DNA of 55,163 nt from an uncultured virus (IMG/VR IMGVR_UViG_3300028641_000003) (lineage: Duplodnaviria; Heunggongvirae; Uroviricota; Caudoviricetes), in IMG/VR virus record IMGVR_UViG_3300028641_000003. The stretch is one strand, 5' to 3'. The notes beneath the pieces were generated by a model. That model ran no database searches and was not told the origin of the DNA. It saw only the letters and a program-made list of their open reading frames with translations. The position numbers were made by a program, and so were the translations under genes. Shown one piece after another: positions 45,567 through 55,163 of the stretch. Each line of letters starts with the position of its first letter. Position 1 is the stretch's first letter.

Positions 45567-45754
45567 AGATTATCAATAGACCACAAGCAGTCGTGACCTT
45601 AGAAGATGCTCAGAAGTTACTAACTAAGTTTCTCGAAAAAAAGACGGGAAAAAAGGTAGTTTCTATTGATGTGCCAGAAGCAGCGAGGGGAATATCATTC
45701 ACGATTAACTTCGAAGAAGAAATAAGCGATTTCGAGGAATCTAAGAATGCCTAA
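45563..45754 (+). CDS. Hypothetical protein
   Basis: 63 aa, AAGGAG RBS, overlaps both neighbours. Confidence 0.65.
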   Translation: MKIINRPQAVVTLEDAQKLLTKFLEKKTGKKVVSIDVPEAARGISFTINFEEEISDFEESKNA

Positions 45755-46493
45755 GCCACTTATTGGTATCGGGCTTATAACTTACAATAGATCAGCAGCG
45801 GCTACGGATGTAGCTGAGTCGATTGTAAACACTCTCGACCGTGACCGTTATGATTACAAGCTTGTTTGTTCGCTGGACCAAACCGACACAACCGGATACG
45901 AAAAGGTATCACAGTTGATGAATCTAATTCCACATCGCAATTTGGGAATATCTATTAATAAAAGTATTGCCATGATGCATCTTCAAGAATGCGATCATCT
46001 ATTTTTGTTTGAGGATGACTTCAAACCTACGAGAGTTGGATGGGACACTCTATACTTAAATGTCCACCGTGAAACTGGTGTTGGTTTGTTTAACTACTGT
46101 CCAAAGTGGGTTTCAGATAACGAGAAGCGACCAAAGAAGATTATCAAGGTTCCATCTGGGACTGTGATATTCGAACATACACACGTCGCACAGATAATGT
46201 CAATCACAAAGCAGACATTGAGCAAGGTTGGTGCTTTAGATCCCGATTACATAGGGTATGGATTTGAACATTGTGATTATACTCGCAGATGTATTTTAGC
46301 GGGTGAATTCCCTCGACATGGGTTTCCGTTTATCAAGGAGACATGGGATTACACACAGATGCTTGATGTCCCAAATACAACAAGCGACGAGGACAGAAAG
46401 CCGCAGATTGACCATAACGGCAGGGTGTATGGGAGAGGCGTCGGGAGAATTTTGATACCATTTACAGAAATAGAAAATAGATTAAGGGGCTAA
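45747..46493 (+). CDS. Glycosyltransferase family 2
   Basis: IGLITYNR, LFEDD, YGFEHCDY. Confidence 0.85.
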   Translation: MPKPLIGIGLITYNRSAAATDVAESIVNTLDRDRYDYKLVCSLDQTDTTGYEKVSQLMNLIPHRNLGISINKSIAMMHLQECDHLFLFEDDFKPTRVGWDTLYLNVHRETGVGLFNYCPKWVSDNEKRPKKIIKVPSGTVIFEHTHVAQIMSITKQTLSKVGALDPDYIGYGFEHCDYTRRCILAGEFPRHGFPFIKETWDYTQMLDVPNTTSDEDRKPQIDHNGRVYGRGVGRILIPFTEIENRLRG

Positions 46494-46495
46494 TA

Positions 46496-47278
46496 ATGTC
46501 AAAGTATGATTTAAGAGACACTACATTTATCATGCCTGTTAGAGTCGAATCACAAGATAGAGCCAATAATATCTTAACAAGTGTTTCGTATCTTTTACAT
46601 CATCTTGATACTAATATTATAATCCTTGAAGATGATAAGGTTTCCAAGGTTCCCACGATACTGGGAAGTAAGATAAATCAGGTAAAATACATATTCAATA
46701 AAAACGAAGAATACTTGTTTTGGAAAACTAAGCATTTAAATACGATGGCTCGTCAAGTTACCACTCCTATAATGGTCATGTATGATTGTGATATCATCAT
46801 GGAACCAGATGGGTATGAAAAGACAAGAAATATGATAACGAAGGATGGATTTGAGTATATAGTTGGGTTTGGTGATTTGATGAGAGTTAATCAGAATCAA
46901 CATTATGTTCTTAGGGGATCAATGAATCCTTTGCTTTTTGCAGATAATGGAAAGATGGCGGCTGCTGTTGGTTCTCCTGCCTGGGTGCTGACTAACAAAT
47001 ACATGGAAGCTGGAATGGAAAACGAGTTCTTCAAGTCGTGGGGATTTGAGGATAATGAAAGGCACTGGAGATTTATCAGAATGGGACTTAAACATCGTTA
47101 CGGCGAAGGAAAATTGTGGCATCTTGAACATTGCAGAGTCTCTAATAACTTTAACTCCAATCCCCATTTAGATGCAAACGCAAAGTTGTTTCATGCCGTG
47201 GAATGTGAGTCGCCTGAACAAACAAGAGAAAGAGTTAAGACATTTCCGTGGCTTAGGGAATATGGAATAATAAAATGA
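46496..47278 (+). CDS. Galactosyltransferase-like (GT7 C-terminal domain)
   Basis: YDCD, GMENEFF.SWGFED, HLEH. Confidence 0.82.
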   Translation: MSKYDLRDTTFIMPVRVESQDRANNILTSVSYLLHHLDTNIIILEDDKVSKVPTILGSKINQVKYIFNKNEEYLFWKTKHLNTMARQVTTPIMVMYDCDIIMEPDGYEKTRNMITKDGFEYIVGFGDLMRVNQNQHYVLRGSMNPLLFADNGKMAAAVGSPAWVLTNKYMEAGMENEFFKSWGFEDNERHWRFIRMGLKHRYGEGKLWHLEHCRVSNNFNSNPHLDANAKLFHAVECESPEQTRERVKTFPWLREYGIIK

Positions 47279-47901
47279 TACCTAAGATAATACATCAAAT
47301 ATGGGTTGGTGATCAAAATAAGAAACCATTTAAGATGATGGAAACTTGGAAGAACATGAATCCAAGTTGGGAATATATGCTGTGGACAGATGCAAATCTT
47401 CCACCAATGATTAATCGCCGTCACTTTGACGCATACTCACCATTTCACGGAAAAGCTGATATATTGCGTTACGAAATACTCAAGCAGTACGGTGGGTTCT
47501 ATATTGATGCTGATTCTGATTGCATTAAACCATTGGAAGATTTTTTAGTTGATAATGACTCGTTTGCGTGTTTTGAAAGCGAGCAGCATAGACCGGGGCT
47601 AATAGCTAATGGATACTTAGCCGGTGTTAAGAATTGCCAGTTATTTGACATATTGATACAGAAGATATCCAGAATGAACCCGCAGCATATGAACGGGATG
47701 GCTCCCCCATGGATTTTAACAGGTCCGACTCTTTTGACCAATAGTATCAGAGAACACAACTATACAAAGATTAAAGTATATCCTTCACATTATTTTATTC
47801 CTAATCATTTTTGTGGTGGTTCTTACACGGGATCTGATCACGTGTTTTGTCGGCAATATTGGGGATCAACACACGATAGTTACGGGAACCTGGGAAGATG
47901 A
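47275..47901 (+). CDS. GT32/OCH1-like DXD glycosyltransferase
   Basis: IPKIIHQIW, ADILRYEIL..YGGFYIDAD, TGP. Confidence 0.88.
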   Translation: MIPKIIHQIWVGDQNKKPFKMMETWKNMNPSWEYMLWTDANLPPMINRRHFDAYSPFHGKADILRYEILKQYGGFYIDADSDCIKPLEDFLVDNDSFACFESEQHRPGLIANGYLAGVKNCQLFDILIQKISRMNPQHMNGMAPPWILTGPTLLTNSIREHNYTKIKVYPSHYFIPNHFCGGSYTGSDHVFCRQYWGSTHDSYGNLGR

Positions 47902-48653
47902 AACACAACTTAAAAAATATAACATTTAATATGCCAATGTTAGTCGATTCCAACGACAGAGTTGAAAATATAGACTTATGTATTGATTATATTTTGCATC
48001 ACTTTGATACAAATATATCAGTTTGTGAAATGGGAACCGAAAGTAAATATAAGAATCCTTTTGGTGTTGAGTATGAGTTTATAAAAACAGACAGTGATAA
48101 AAATCATAAGACAAAAATTCTAAATATTTTAGCAAGAAAATGCAAAACTGAGTTTCATTCCACTTATGACGTAGATGTATTGTTACCAGTTAAAGCCTAC
48201 ATAGATGGGTATAATATGCTATCAAGCGGTAATTACGATATGGTATTTCCGTTTGACGGTAGATTTTTTGGAGTCGGTAGAAACCACTATGGTATTTTAA
48301 GACAGAATAAAAATACAGATGTATTAATTTCTGGTATGTTTTATCCTATTGTTTCGGATTCTGTTGGTGGCTGTGTATTTTGGAACACAAAATCATTTAT
48401 ATCATCGGGAATGGAAAATGAAAATTTCTCTGGGTGGGGCTACGAAGACACAGAAAGATATCATAGAAGTGTAAAACTTGGATTACGCATAGGTAGGACT
48501 TCATATCCAATATTTCACGTAGACCATTTCAGGGGACCAAATAGCAGTCACGGAGAAATGTATTGGAGAAATAAGTCTATATACGATTCAATTACGAGAA
48601 TGAATGCTGATGAGTTAAGAAGACATATATCAGAATGGAAATGGTCTAAATAG
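47898..48653 (+). CDS. Galactosyltransferase-like (GT7 C-terminal domain)
   Basis: YDVD, SVGG, GMENENFSGWGYED. Confidence 0.82.
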   Translation: MKHNLKNITFNMPMLVDSNDRVENIDLCIDYILHHFDTNISVCEMGTESKYKNPFGVEYEFIKTDSDKNHKTKILNILARKCKTEFHSTYDVDVLLPVKAYIDGYNMLSSGNYDMVFPFDGRFFGVGRNHYGILRQNKNTDVLISGMFYPIVSDSVGGCVFWNTKSFISSGMENENFSGWGYEDTERYHRSVKLGLRIGRTSYPIFHVDHFRGPNSSHGEMYWRNKSIYDSITRMNADELRRHISEWKWSK

Positions 48654-49457
48654 TTATCTTAATATTATTGGCATCTCAAAGTGTGGTGATATAAAATTAG
48701 TATTTTCTATGTTGGCGTTTATATACATTCTCTTACCATTTAGATATTCATTTAATATGTAATCTTCCGAAATATTGGAATGCGGAGTATCGTTGTTATT
48801 ATGAACTCTGTTTATTGGATTGTTAAATAGTCTAGACTTCTTATAACATAACATATACGGTTGGTTAAGATAATTTATACTTAAATTATATTCAAATAGA
48901 GTTGGATTATTAAAAGGTATTCTTTCTATTATGGGAAGAATGTCAGAAGTCCTAAATATATGACCATCAACCGACATTGGGTATCCCCAATCTCCCTCAC
49001 ACCCATGCCATCTCCATGTTCCATTTTCTAGTTTAGGTATATTTCTGTATTTTATTCTAGCTGGATGACAGTAGCTCATTCCCTCATTCATTCTCAAGGA
49101 TACGCATAATATTTCTTTATTAGATGATAAGGATTTAATCTCCGTGTCGTCTTCTGAGAATTTTTCTTTGACAATAATATCATCCACGAGGAAAAAAGTG
49201 TACCCCTTTTCTATGTTAATAGTAGATAATGTCAATTCTTTAAAGTTTTTTCCAGAGTTGTTTTCACATATGAAGCTTACTTCATTGTAATCCTTAATGA
49301 GTTTGTCATATCCCAACTTATGCCTGTCGTTTTTAAACTTATATATTACATTTATTTTATTGTCTTTGTAATTTGTGAAATGCTCCTTTAGAGTTCTAAG
49401 AAGCTGATCTAGCTGGCATGCTCTATCTTTACTAAAGACGGTTATATTGAAACTCAT
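48654..49457 (-). CDS. Glycosyltransferase-like protein
   Basis: FSKDRACQL, FLVDD, GYPMSVDGH. Confidence 0.7.
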   Translation of the reverse strand: MSFNITVFSKDRACQLDQLLRTLKEHFTNYKDNKINVIYKFKNDRHKLGYDKLIKDYNEVSFICENNSGKNFKELTLSTINIEKGYTFFLVDDIIVKEKFSEDDTEIKSLSSNKEILCVSLRMNEGMSYCHPARIKYRNIPKLENGTWRWHGCEGDWGYPMSVDGHIFRTSDILPIIERIPFNNPTLFEYNLSINYLNQPYMLCYKKSRLFNNPINRVHNNNDTPHSNISEDYILNEYLNGKRMYINANIENTNFISPHFEMPIILR

Positions 49458-49459
49458 GG

Positions 49460-50236
49460 TTATTTCTTGACTCCGAATAGATAATTTTGGTTTCCTATAT
49501 GCTCAATTGGAACTTTATGCCACTTTATTTCTGGTATGTTGTTACTCATGTAACTAAAGAAATCATTATTATCGACACCTTCAAATGATCCCTGGTATGC
49601 TATAATAAAATTAGATATGTTTACTCTTCGCAGAAAATTTTCCCTGACAGACCTCGGTGCTTCGCTTAATGACCATGTAGCAACTAATAGATCGTATTGT
49701 TTATTTTCTAGATTTTCTATATTATTGCAAAACTTAGTATCTGTTATACCATTTTCGTTTAAATAATATTTCTGTAATAGATTAAATTCCTCAAAGTCAA
49801 ATATTGTATAATCTATTTGATTGTTTTGGTTTTTTATTACCTTGCACATGTTACCAAAACCACCACCAAACTCAACCACGGAATTAAGTGACTTTAAATG
49901 AACTCCTGTTGTATCAGTAAATTTTTGTATATGGTATAACATATGGATAGTATTGGAACATACTCCGTTATGTGTGGTTTCGTGCTTTAAATTGTTTCTT
50001 GACACGAATTTAATATATTCTTTGTCTTTTATATAATCATATTCATTCTTAACATAGCCATGTATATTTGATACATACATTGTTTTGTGAATCTCATCCC
50101 ATGAAGCAAAATCACTAATATCTTCATTGATTATTTTTCTTAGGACTGAAGACCTTATTGAATCCCAAAAACAACTGCCATAGGAGTTTCTGCTAGATAT
50201 TATTTTGGCTTCTTCTTTTATTTGTATGTTTAGCAT
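49460..50236 (-). CDS. Putative sugar O-methyltransferase
   Basis: VVEFGGGFG, YTIFD, ATWSLSE. Confidence 0.75.
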   Translation of the reverse strand: MLNIQIKEEAKIISSRNSYGSCFWDSIRSSVLRKIINEDISDFASWDEIHKTMYVSNIHGYVKNEYDYIKDKEYIKFVSRNNLKHETTHNGVCSNTIHMLYHIQKFTDTTGVHLKSLNSVVEFGGGFGNMCKVIKNQNNQIDYTIFDFEEFNLLQKYYLNENGITDTKFCNNIENLENKQYDLLVATWSLSEAPRSVRENFLRRVNISNFIIAYQGSFEGVDNNDFFSYMSNNIPEIKWHKVPIEHIGNQNYLFGVKK

Positions 50237-50943
50237 TGGTATTTTCCATTTTTTAGTATGTTACATAAATCTTCTTCCGATATCTCACTAAATGACCTAT
50301 TTTTATGTTTTAATAATTTAACACATGAATTTATATTCATACTGAATTTATAATTGTTGTCGTGTACAAACCTCGAACTCCATTCTACGTCCTCGCCATG
50401 CCCCCAACATAAATCCTCGTTTAGCCTTATTTTTTCCATAATATCTTTTTTACAAACAAAATAAGAACCAGAAAAATATTGGTATGTTGATAGATTCATA
50501 TTATACGGTATTAAACACCTTTCTCCACACTCTACAATTCTTTTATGAACATACCCATAGTGTGCAAATGGAAATAACGACCAATCTCTAAATCTGCTTC
50601 CGTCTATTGATATTATTTTGTTCATACACGCCAAGAAATTATTTCCAAAAGCAACATATCCACTATACCATCCGTCACAAAATGTTATGTAATCATGAAG
50701 GTATACTATATTCTCGTGTATTGAATTTTCTGTTATTATGTTCTTTTTTCGTGTTATCCATCCGGGTTTTATGTTTTCATTGAAGTTTATTATTTTAGTA
50801 TTTTTTCTATTTATTTGACAGTTACCGACAATAACTATTTCATACTTATTTTCTGGTATTTTTTGATGTTCTATAGAATCAATAATAAGATTTAAGTTAT
50901 TTTCGTTACCACCGGCGGTTATTATTCCAAATGAAAAATTCAT
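50230..50943 (-). CDS. Glycosyltransferase family 2-like
   Basis: FSFGIIT, WITRKKN, LHDY, GEDVEW. Confidence 0.75.
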   Translation of the reverse strand: MNFSFGIITAGGNENNLNLIIDSIEHQKIPENKYEIVIVGNCQINRKNTKIINFNENIKPGWITRKKNIITENSIHENIVYLHDYITFCDGWYSGYVAFGNNFLACMNKIISIDGSRFRDWSLFPFAHYGYVHKRIVECGERCLIPYNMNLSTYQYFSGSYFVCKKDIMEKIRLNEDLCWGHGEDVEWSSRFVHDNNYKFSMNINSCVKLLKHKNRSFSEISEEDLCNILKNGKYQC

Positions 50944-51380
50944 ACTAAATCCTCAAATTGATCAAAACATATACCGTATATCCTATCATTACGAAGTAAT
51001 TCAAAGTATGTTTGTATTTCTCTAACCATTACAATAGAATTTTCTATTGGCTCGCAATTCGGGTATACAACAGGTATTGCCCGAGAAGTTAGCGTATAAG
51101 TATCTTCTTGATGCCAAAAGCAATGTATTTCACGAAACTTAAGCATAAAACTCAAAGAATTTGAATTTTTTGCATGGCATAATAATCTATTGTTCATTAG
51201 ATAATTTTGATTTATCGGATATGTTGGGGCATCGTGACCAAGATATAAATCGCCATTAATTCTCCACACGTCTATTTCGACATCGTAGCCACTATTAATA
51301 GCAGAATTTATGTATTCTGGTCTGTTTTCATAGATGGGATGTATTCCATTTATGTTTCCTCTATGTGATATTAATTTCAT
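50940..51380 (-). CDS. Glycerophosphodiester phosphodiesterase-like protein
   Basis: ISHRGN, YDVEIDV, LGHD, HAKN. Confidence 0.75.
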   Translation of the reverse strand: MKLISHRGNINGIHPIYENRPEYINSAINSGYDVEIDVWRINGDLYLGHDAPTYPINQNYLMNNRLLCHAKNSNSLSFMLKFREIHCFWHQEDTYTLTSRAIPVVYPNCEPIENSIVMVREIQTYFELLRNDRIYGICFDQFEDLV

Positions 51381-51381
51381 T

Positions 51382-52305
51382 TTAGACCCATCTAGAGAGA
51401 ATATTTGAAAATGAGGTTGCTATATTAAGAAAATTTCCGACAGTATTGTAACTTGGGTGAATCGAATTTGAATTCCTTATAAAAGCCAAATCTAGATTAT
51501 ATTTATCTTTATATAGATTTATAGGAACTTCATCAAATGGATCTCTATATAGGGAAGAATTGTTTATTATATCTCTCCATATTTTAGTCTTTATTATAAA
51601 AACCGAATTACAAAAATAAGGTACTTTTTTGTTTTGAATATAGTAATCTTGTTTTTCTGTTATTTTGTCTTTTTTGTTTTGAATAAAATTCATCATTTTT
51701 ATTTGAGCATTTTCATTTACTCTTATGGGGTGGATGCCTTTGTAAAAATGATTTATTTTAGATACTTCCCCGTAGTAGTAATCAGAATCCCATTTCTCTT
51801 TTCTTTTGTTTAAGATTTCGTAACTAGCCCCCCACAGATTCGGTATATTGGTATTATTAAAAATATCATACATTTCTTGTTTTTCTGTATTATCTAAAAC
51901 ATCTTCAATAAACATCTCTACTGATGGTATTCCAGTTGATAAAACAGGTGTTAAAGCTAAAATATTTTCTTTGTCTAAGTACGATAAATTATCCATAATA
52001 AATTGTAAAACATAATGAGTAATGAAAATATCCTCGTCAATTTTCATTGAATAATCAGATTCTACATTTATCGCATTTTTTATTTTTGGTAAATAATCCC
52101 CACATCCGTTTTCATTTAAGACAATAAAATTTATATTATTACTCTTTAATATATTTTTATGCATCTCAAGATTTAATCCATTTTGAGAATGCATAACAAC
52201 TTGAAATGAATTTTTATATTCATTGTTTATTTTTGATATTTCTTTTATTGTATTTAATAAAAAATACAATCTACTGAATGGCAATACATGAATGGATAAT
52301 CTCAT
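51382..52305 (-). CDS. Glycosyltransferase-like protein
   Basis: KIDED DXD motif. Confidence 0.6.
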   Translation of the reverse strand: MRLSIHVLPFSRLYFLLNTIKEISKINNEYKNSFQVVMHSQNGLNLEMHKNILKSNNINFIVLNENGCGDYLPKIKNAINVESDYSMKIDEDIFITHYVLQFIMDNLSYLDKENILALTPVLSTGIPSVEMFIEDVLDNTEKQEMYDIFNNTNIPNLWGASYEILNKRKEKWDSDYYYGEVSKINHFYKGIHPIRVNENAQIKMMNFIQNKKDKITEKQDYYIQNKKVPYFCNSVFIIKTKIWRDIINNSSLYRDPFDEVPINLYKDKYNLDLAFIRNSNSIHPSYNTVGNFLNIATSFSNILSRWV

Positions 52306-52306
52306 T

Positions 52307-52627
52307 TTATTCTTCGTACTTATCGTTTTTAGCTCCTGGGACTTTTACTACAACTGTCGCAGCGTCTTCGATACATAGGAAATCGGTAACTTCATCTGGA
52401 TGAATAACAAGAATATCGTCTTTTTTGTAGATTTGGTCGTTCATTTTAACTTTGCCGTAGCAAATTAAGGTTATCTCGGTAGCTACTTTATGGTAGTGTC
52501 TTTTATCGTAGTCTCCTTTTTTATATTCTTTAAAAGCCACTTCACATGACGGTGTGGAATAAGCGACCGGAGTTATATCGCCAACAAACCAACCTTTTAT
52601 CATATTTTTTAAGTTAAAAATATTCAT
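52307..52627 (-). CDS. Cupin-domain protein
   Basis: KGWFVG, HYHKVATE, VVKVPG. Confidence 0.78.
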   Translation of the reverse strand: MNIFNLKNMIKGWFVGDITPVAYSTPSCEVAFKEYKKGDYDKRHYHKVATEITLICYGKVKMNDQIYKKDDILVIHPDEVTDFLCIEDAATVVVKVPGAKNDKYEE

Positions 52628-52628
52628 T

Positions 52629-53303
52629 TTACTTTCCTTTGCAGAGGCAAACAATGTTTAATTCGTCGGCTTTATATAACTCTATTATGCCCAACTCACA
52701 AAACTCCAACATCTGTTTAAGATTTTGTATATCAAAACAGTGATGGTGAACTACTCTTGTTAAGTAGTTATTAGCACACAACTCGTTAAAATTTGATATT
52801 CCGCCACGACTCCAATCGTGGAGTGTTTTTTGTTCGTTTATATGTGTTTCGTCTTTTTCGTCCGTTTTGTTATAGTAATCAGATAATAGATGTTCATATT
52901 TTGTCAGTGGTCTTCTATGATCAAAACAGAAATTTTTATCAGGGACAACAAATAGTATATACCCGTTACTAACTAAAACATTGTTTTTCCAATTTATTAC
53001 ACATTGTATGGGGTTTGCTACATGCTCAATAACATGTGCATTAACAATATAATTATATTTGACATTGGGTTTAAATGTTACACAATCGCCGTCGTAATTT
53101 TTCCCCTTTAACATTCCGTCGCAAATGTATTCATTGCATAGATTTCTCTGGAATGGATTATTATCAAATTTATTTACTCCATCTATTTTAGCCAAAGAAT
53201 CATATAGGGGCAATAGGTTATTTTTACAAAACAACTCAGTTGGTCCACCAAACTCAATGCCTCTTTCGAGAGTTTTTAATAATGATATTATGTTATTCCA
53301 CAT
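52629..53303 (-). CDS. SAM-dependent methyltransferase
   Basis: GIEFGGP, HVIEHVANP, FDHRRP. Confidence 0.78.
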   Translation of the reverse strand: MWNNIISLLKTLERGIEFGGPTELFCKNNLLPLYDSLAKIDGVNKFDNNPFQRNLCNEYICDGMLKGKNYDGDCVTFKPNVKYNYIVNAHVIEHVANPIQCVINWKNNVLVSNGYILFVVPDKNFCFDHRRPLTKYEHLLSDYYNKTDEKDETHINEQKTLHDWSRGGISNFNELCANNYLTRVVHHHCFDIQNLKQMLEFCELGIIELYKADELNIVCLCKGK

Positions 53304-53304
53304 T

Positions 53305-54165
53305 TTAATTTTCTATTACGAATGTGTTTGGTAGTATTTCTTTTACTTTAACAAATCTTTTTGCTAAATCAACAGATTCTCTAAATAATAAACCCGCAAA
53401 TGGTTCTATGTCATGTAATACTCTCATTTTTCCTATGTGACTAAATGGAGACACTATTTCGGCGTTATTCAATAAATTTATTTTGTCTTTGAAATAATCA
53501 ATCTCGTTATCTGCGAATTTGTTTTTTAGATTTTTCGAGGAAAAATACTCCTTTTCAATAAGCTGTGTTATGTGGTTTAATTCGCCTGAATCGTATGCCA
53601 AATCTAATTTATTTCCAACTTGGACCCCAAAGCACTCTGACTGACTATAGAGTTGCATTCCTATTTTCATTTCTCCGTCATGGTCGCTAGAGAAATCCCA
53701 ATGTATTTTGTTTAGATACTGTGTTTTTGCGAACCAAAATGGCGCTCTTATGTGGCTTTCGTGGGGATATCTTTTCCCACCGTTAAATACTTGTGATGCG
53801 CCAAATCCACATTTATCATGTATATTAAGATCATGCAATATATTCTTTATCCAACTATCTCTTCGTATAACAACATCATCAGAAACAAATATAAAATAGT
53901 CGTAATTGTTTTTGAGCAGATTGAAATAATGTCTGTAAGCTCCAAATGCTCGGTGTGGTATATCTTCTCCTTTTTGGTTTATTTTATTAAAAAATATAAC
54001 CTCTCCAAATTTGTTTTTGATGTTACTTGGAAGAAACATTCCATTGCGATGTACAACAATTAGATCATGAGACGCTCCTGGCGTGCATTCATTGTAAGAA
54101 TTCCAGAAATATACATTCTGAGCATCGGTCGCTGCCAGTAAAATAACACATACTCTCTCTGTCAT
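53305..54165 (-). CDS. Glycosyltransferase-like hypothetical protein
   Basis: FGAYR, FVSDD. Confidence 0.55.
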   Translation of the reverse strand: MTERVCVILLAATDAQNVYFWNSYNECTPGASHDLIVVHRNGMFLPSNIKNKFGEVIFFNKINQKGEDIPHRAFGAYRHYFNLLKNNYDYFIFVSDDVVIRRDSWIKNILHDLNIHDKCGFGASQVFNGGKRYPHESHIRAPFWFAKTQYLNKIHWDFSSDHDGEMKIGMQLYSQSECFGVQVGNKLDLAYDSGELNHITQLIEKEYFSSKNLKNKFADNEIDYFKDKINLLNNAEIVSPFSHIGKMRVLHDIEPFAGLLFRESVDLAKRFVKVKEILPNTFVIEN

Positions 54166-55163
54166 ATACTGCCTTTATAGTTCTCCAAAAAGTAATTTAA
54201 ATCTTCTGGCGTTCCTATTCCCCACATCTTATCTATATCATATATCTTTATCTTCTTGCCATCGGCTATGGCTTCGTTATAAACAGGAGCAACATAAAAT
54301 TCATTATTAACTCTAATGTTCTTACCGATCATTTGCTCGGCGTATCGAACATATTCACTTCCTCTAGACCAATAATACACTCCAACGGTTGCCTTATTGG
54401 ATATGACTTGCTTTTCTTTTAATTCGGTTACATATCCATCATTATCTATTTTGACGTAAGACCACTTTGGATGGGTGTTTTCAAATGTCAATATACCACC
54501 GTCACATTTTCCAGAAGACATAACATACATAAACTCTGAGCTATTCCATTCCATAAATTGATCGGAGTTGGCTATAAGTAATGGCTCTTGGTTGTTTATG
54601 AATTCTTTAGCCAAAAGAGTCGTGCATGCTGCTCCCTCGGTTAATGCATCTACACAAACGATATTGCAATTTGGGGTTATTATATTTAACATATGTTTCA
54701 AGTTAAATTTATCGTAGTGTTCTTTTCTAACTACATAAGTAAAATTTGCTTCAATATTTAAGTTATCAACAACCACTTGTATCATTGGCTTGCTTCTTAC
54801 TTCTATAAGAGGCTTAGGAAAGGTATATCCTGCTGCGGTAAAGCGACTGCCTGCGCCTGCCATTGGTATTAGAATGTTCATCTTAGTTCCTCTCCATGGG
54901 GTTTTTAATACAGACCGATATTTGTTTATATGATTGTATATATTTTCTATATTTACTTCATTTGTGTCTTTAACAATACATACATTGGCTTTTGAGGCAT
55001 TTGCAGCCGTTATACCAACATGAGAATCTTCTACTATCATAGTTTCACATGGGGAACACCCAGAATCTAACATTGCCTTGATATACATAGCTGGATGGGG
55101 TTTAGGGTACTTAACATCTTCATTTGAAATATAGTCATCTACCCATTCTAATAAACCAAGCCT
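54162..55163 (-). CDS. HAD phosphatase fused to sugar-phosphate nucleotidyltransferase (5' end outside window)
   Basis: SNEDV..PKPHP..Y, IVEDS..G; IPMAGAGSRF...PKPLI, NSDQ, GTPEDL. Confidence 0.85.
   Translation of the reverse strand, partial: RLGLLEWVDDYISNEDVKYPKPHPAMYIKAMLDSGCSPCETMIVEDSHVGITAANASKANVCIVKDTNEVNIENIYNHINKYRSVLKTPWRGTKMNILIPMAGAGSRFTAAGYTFPKPLIEVRSKPMIQVVVDNLNIEANFTYVVRKEHYDKFNLKHMLNIITPNCNIVCVDALTEGAACTTLLAKEFINNQEPLLIANSDQFMEWNSSEFMYVMSSGKCDGGILTFENTHPKWSYVKIDNDGYVTELKEKQVISNKATVGVYYWSRGSEYVRYAEQMIGKNIRVNNEFYVAPVYNEAIADGKKIKIYDIDKMWGIGTPEDLNYFLENYKGSI

Noticed and set aside
1..55163. Genome-wide TAG recoding
   Set aside because: Long genes are intact in code 11, and TAG ends genes that abut the next gene (e.g. 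gp25)

Overview
Fragment of a large T4-like (jumbo) myophage genome; almost everything is on the minus strand. From left to right it contains: a baseplate module (gp7-like partial, gp6, gp25, gp5); small early genes including a Cas4/PD-(D/E)XK nuclease and an HNH; and a ~16.4-kb RNA-gene array (14.2-30.7 kb). The array holds ~52 tRNAs, a tmRNA, many tRNA-like and Y-RNA-like RNAs, a 23S-rRNA GTPase-centre mimic, three homing endonucleases and a Pth2. It is followed by three DNA methyltransferases, a class II ribonucleotide reductase, a ligase-like/cytidylyltransferase fusion, a pol-beta nucleotidyltransferase, a lytic transglycosylase and a ~10-kb glycosyltransferase island. The most striking observations are in the RNA array. 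(1) It is split into two blocks, each headed by a late promoter, a short leader ORF, an antiterminator arm and a terminator, and the codons of each leader match the anticodons of its own downstream block; this looks like tRNA-depletion-sensing attenuation. (2) Four tRNAs have anticodons interrupted by small inserts that are themselves NCCA-ended micro- or minihelices. (3) An amber suppressor tRNA lies directly upstream of a leader with two in-frame UAGs and an RGPP-stop motif that appears to gate a Pth2 operon. All RNA calls were folded by eye, and the mechanisms are inferences.
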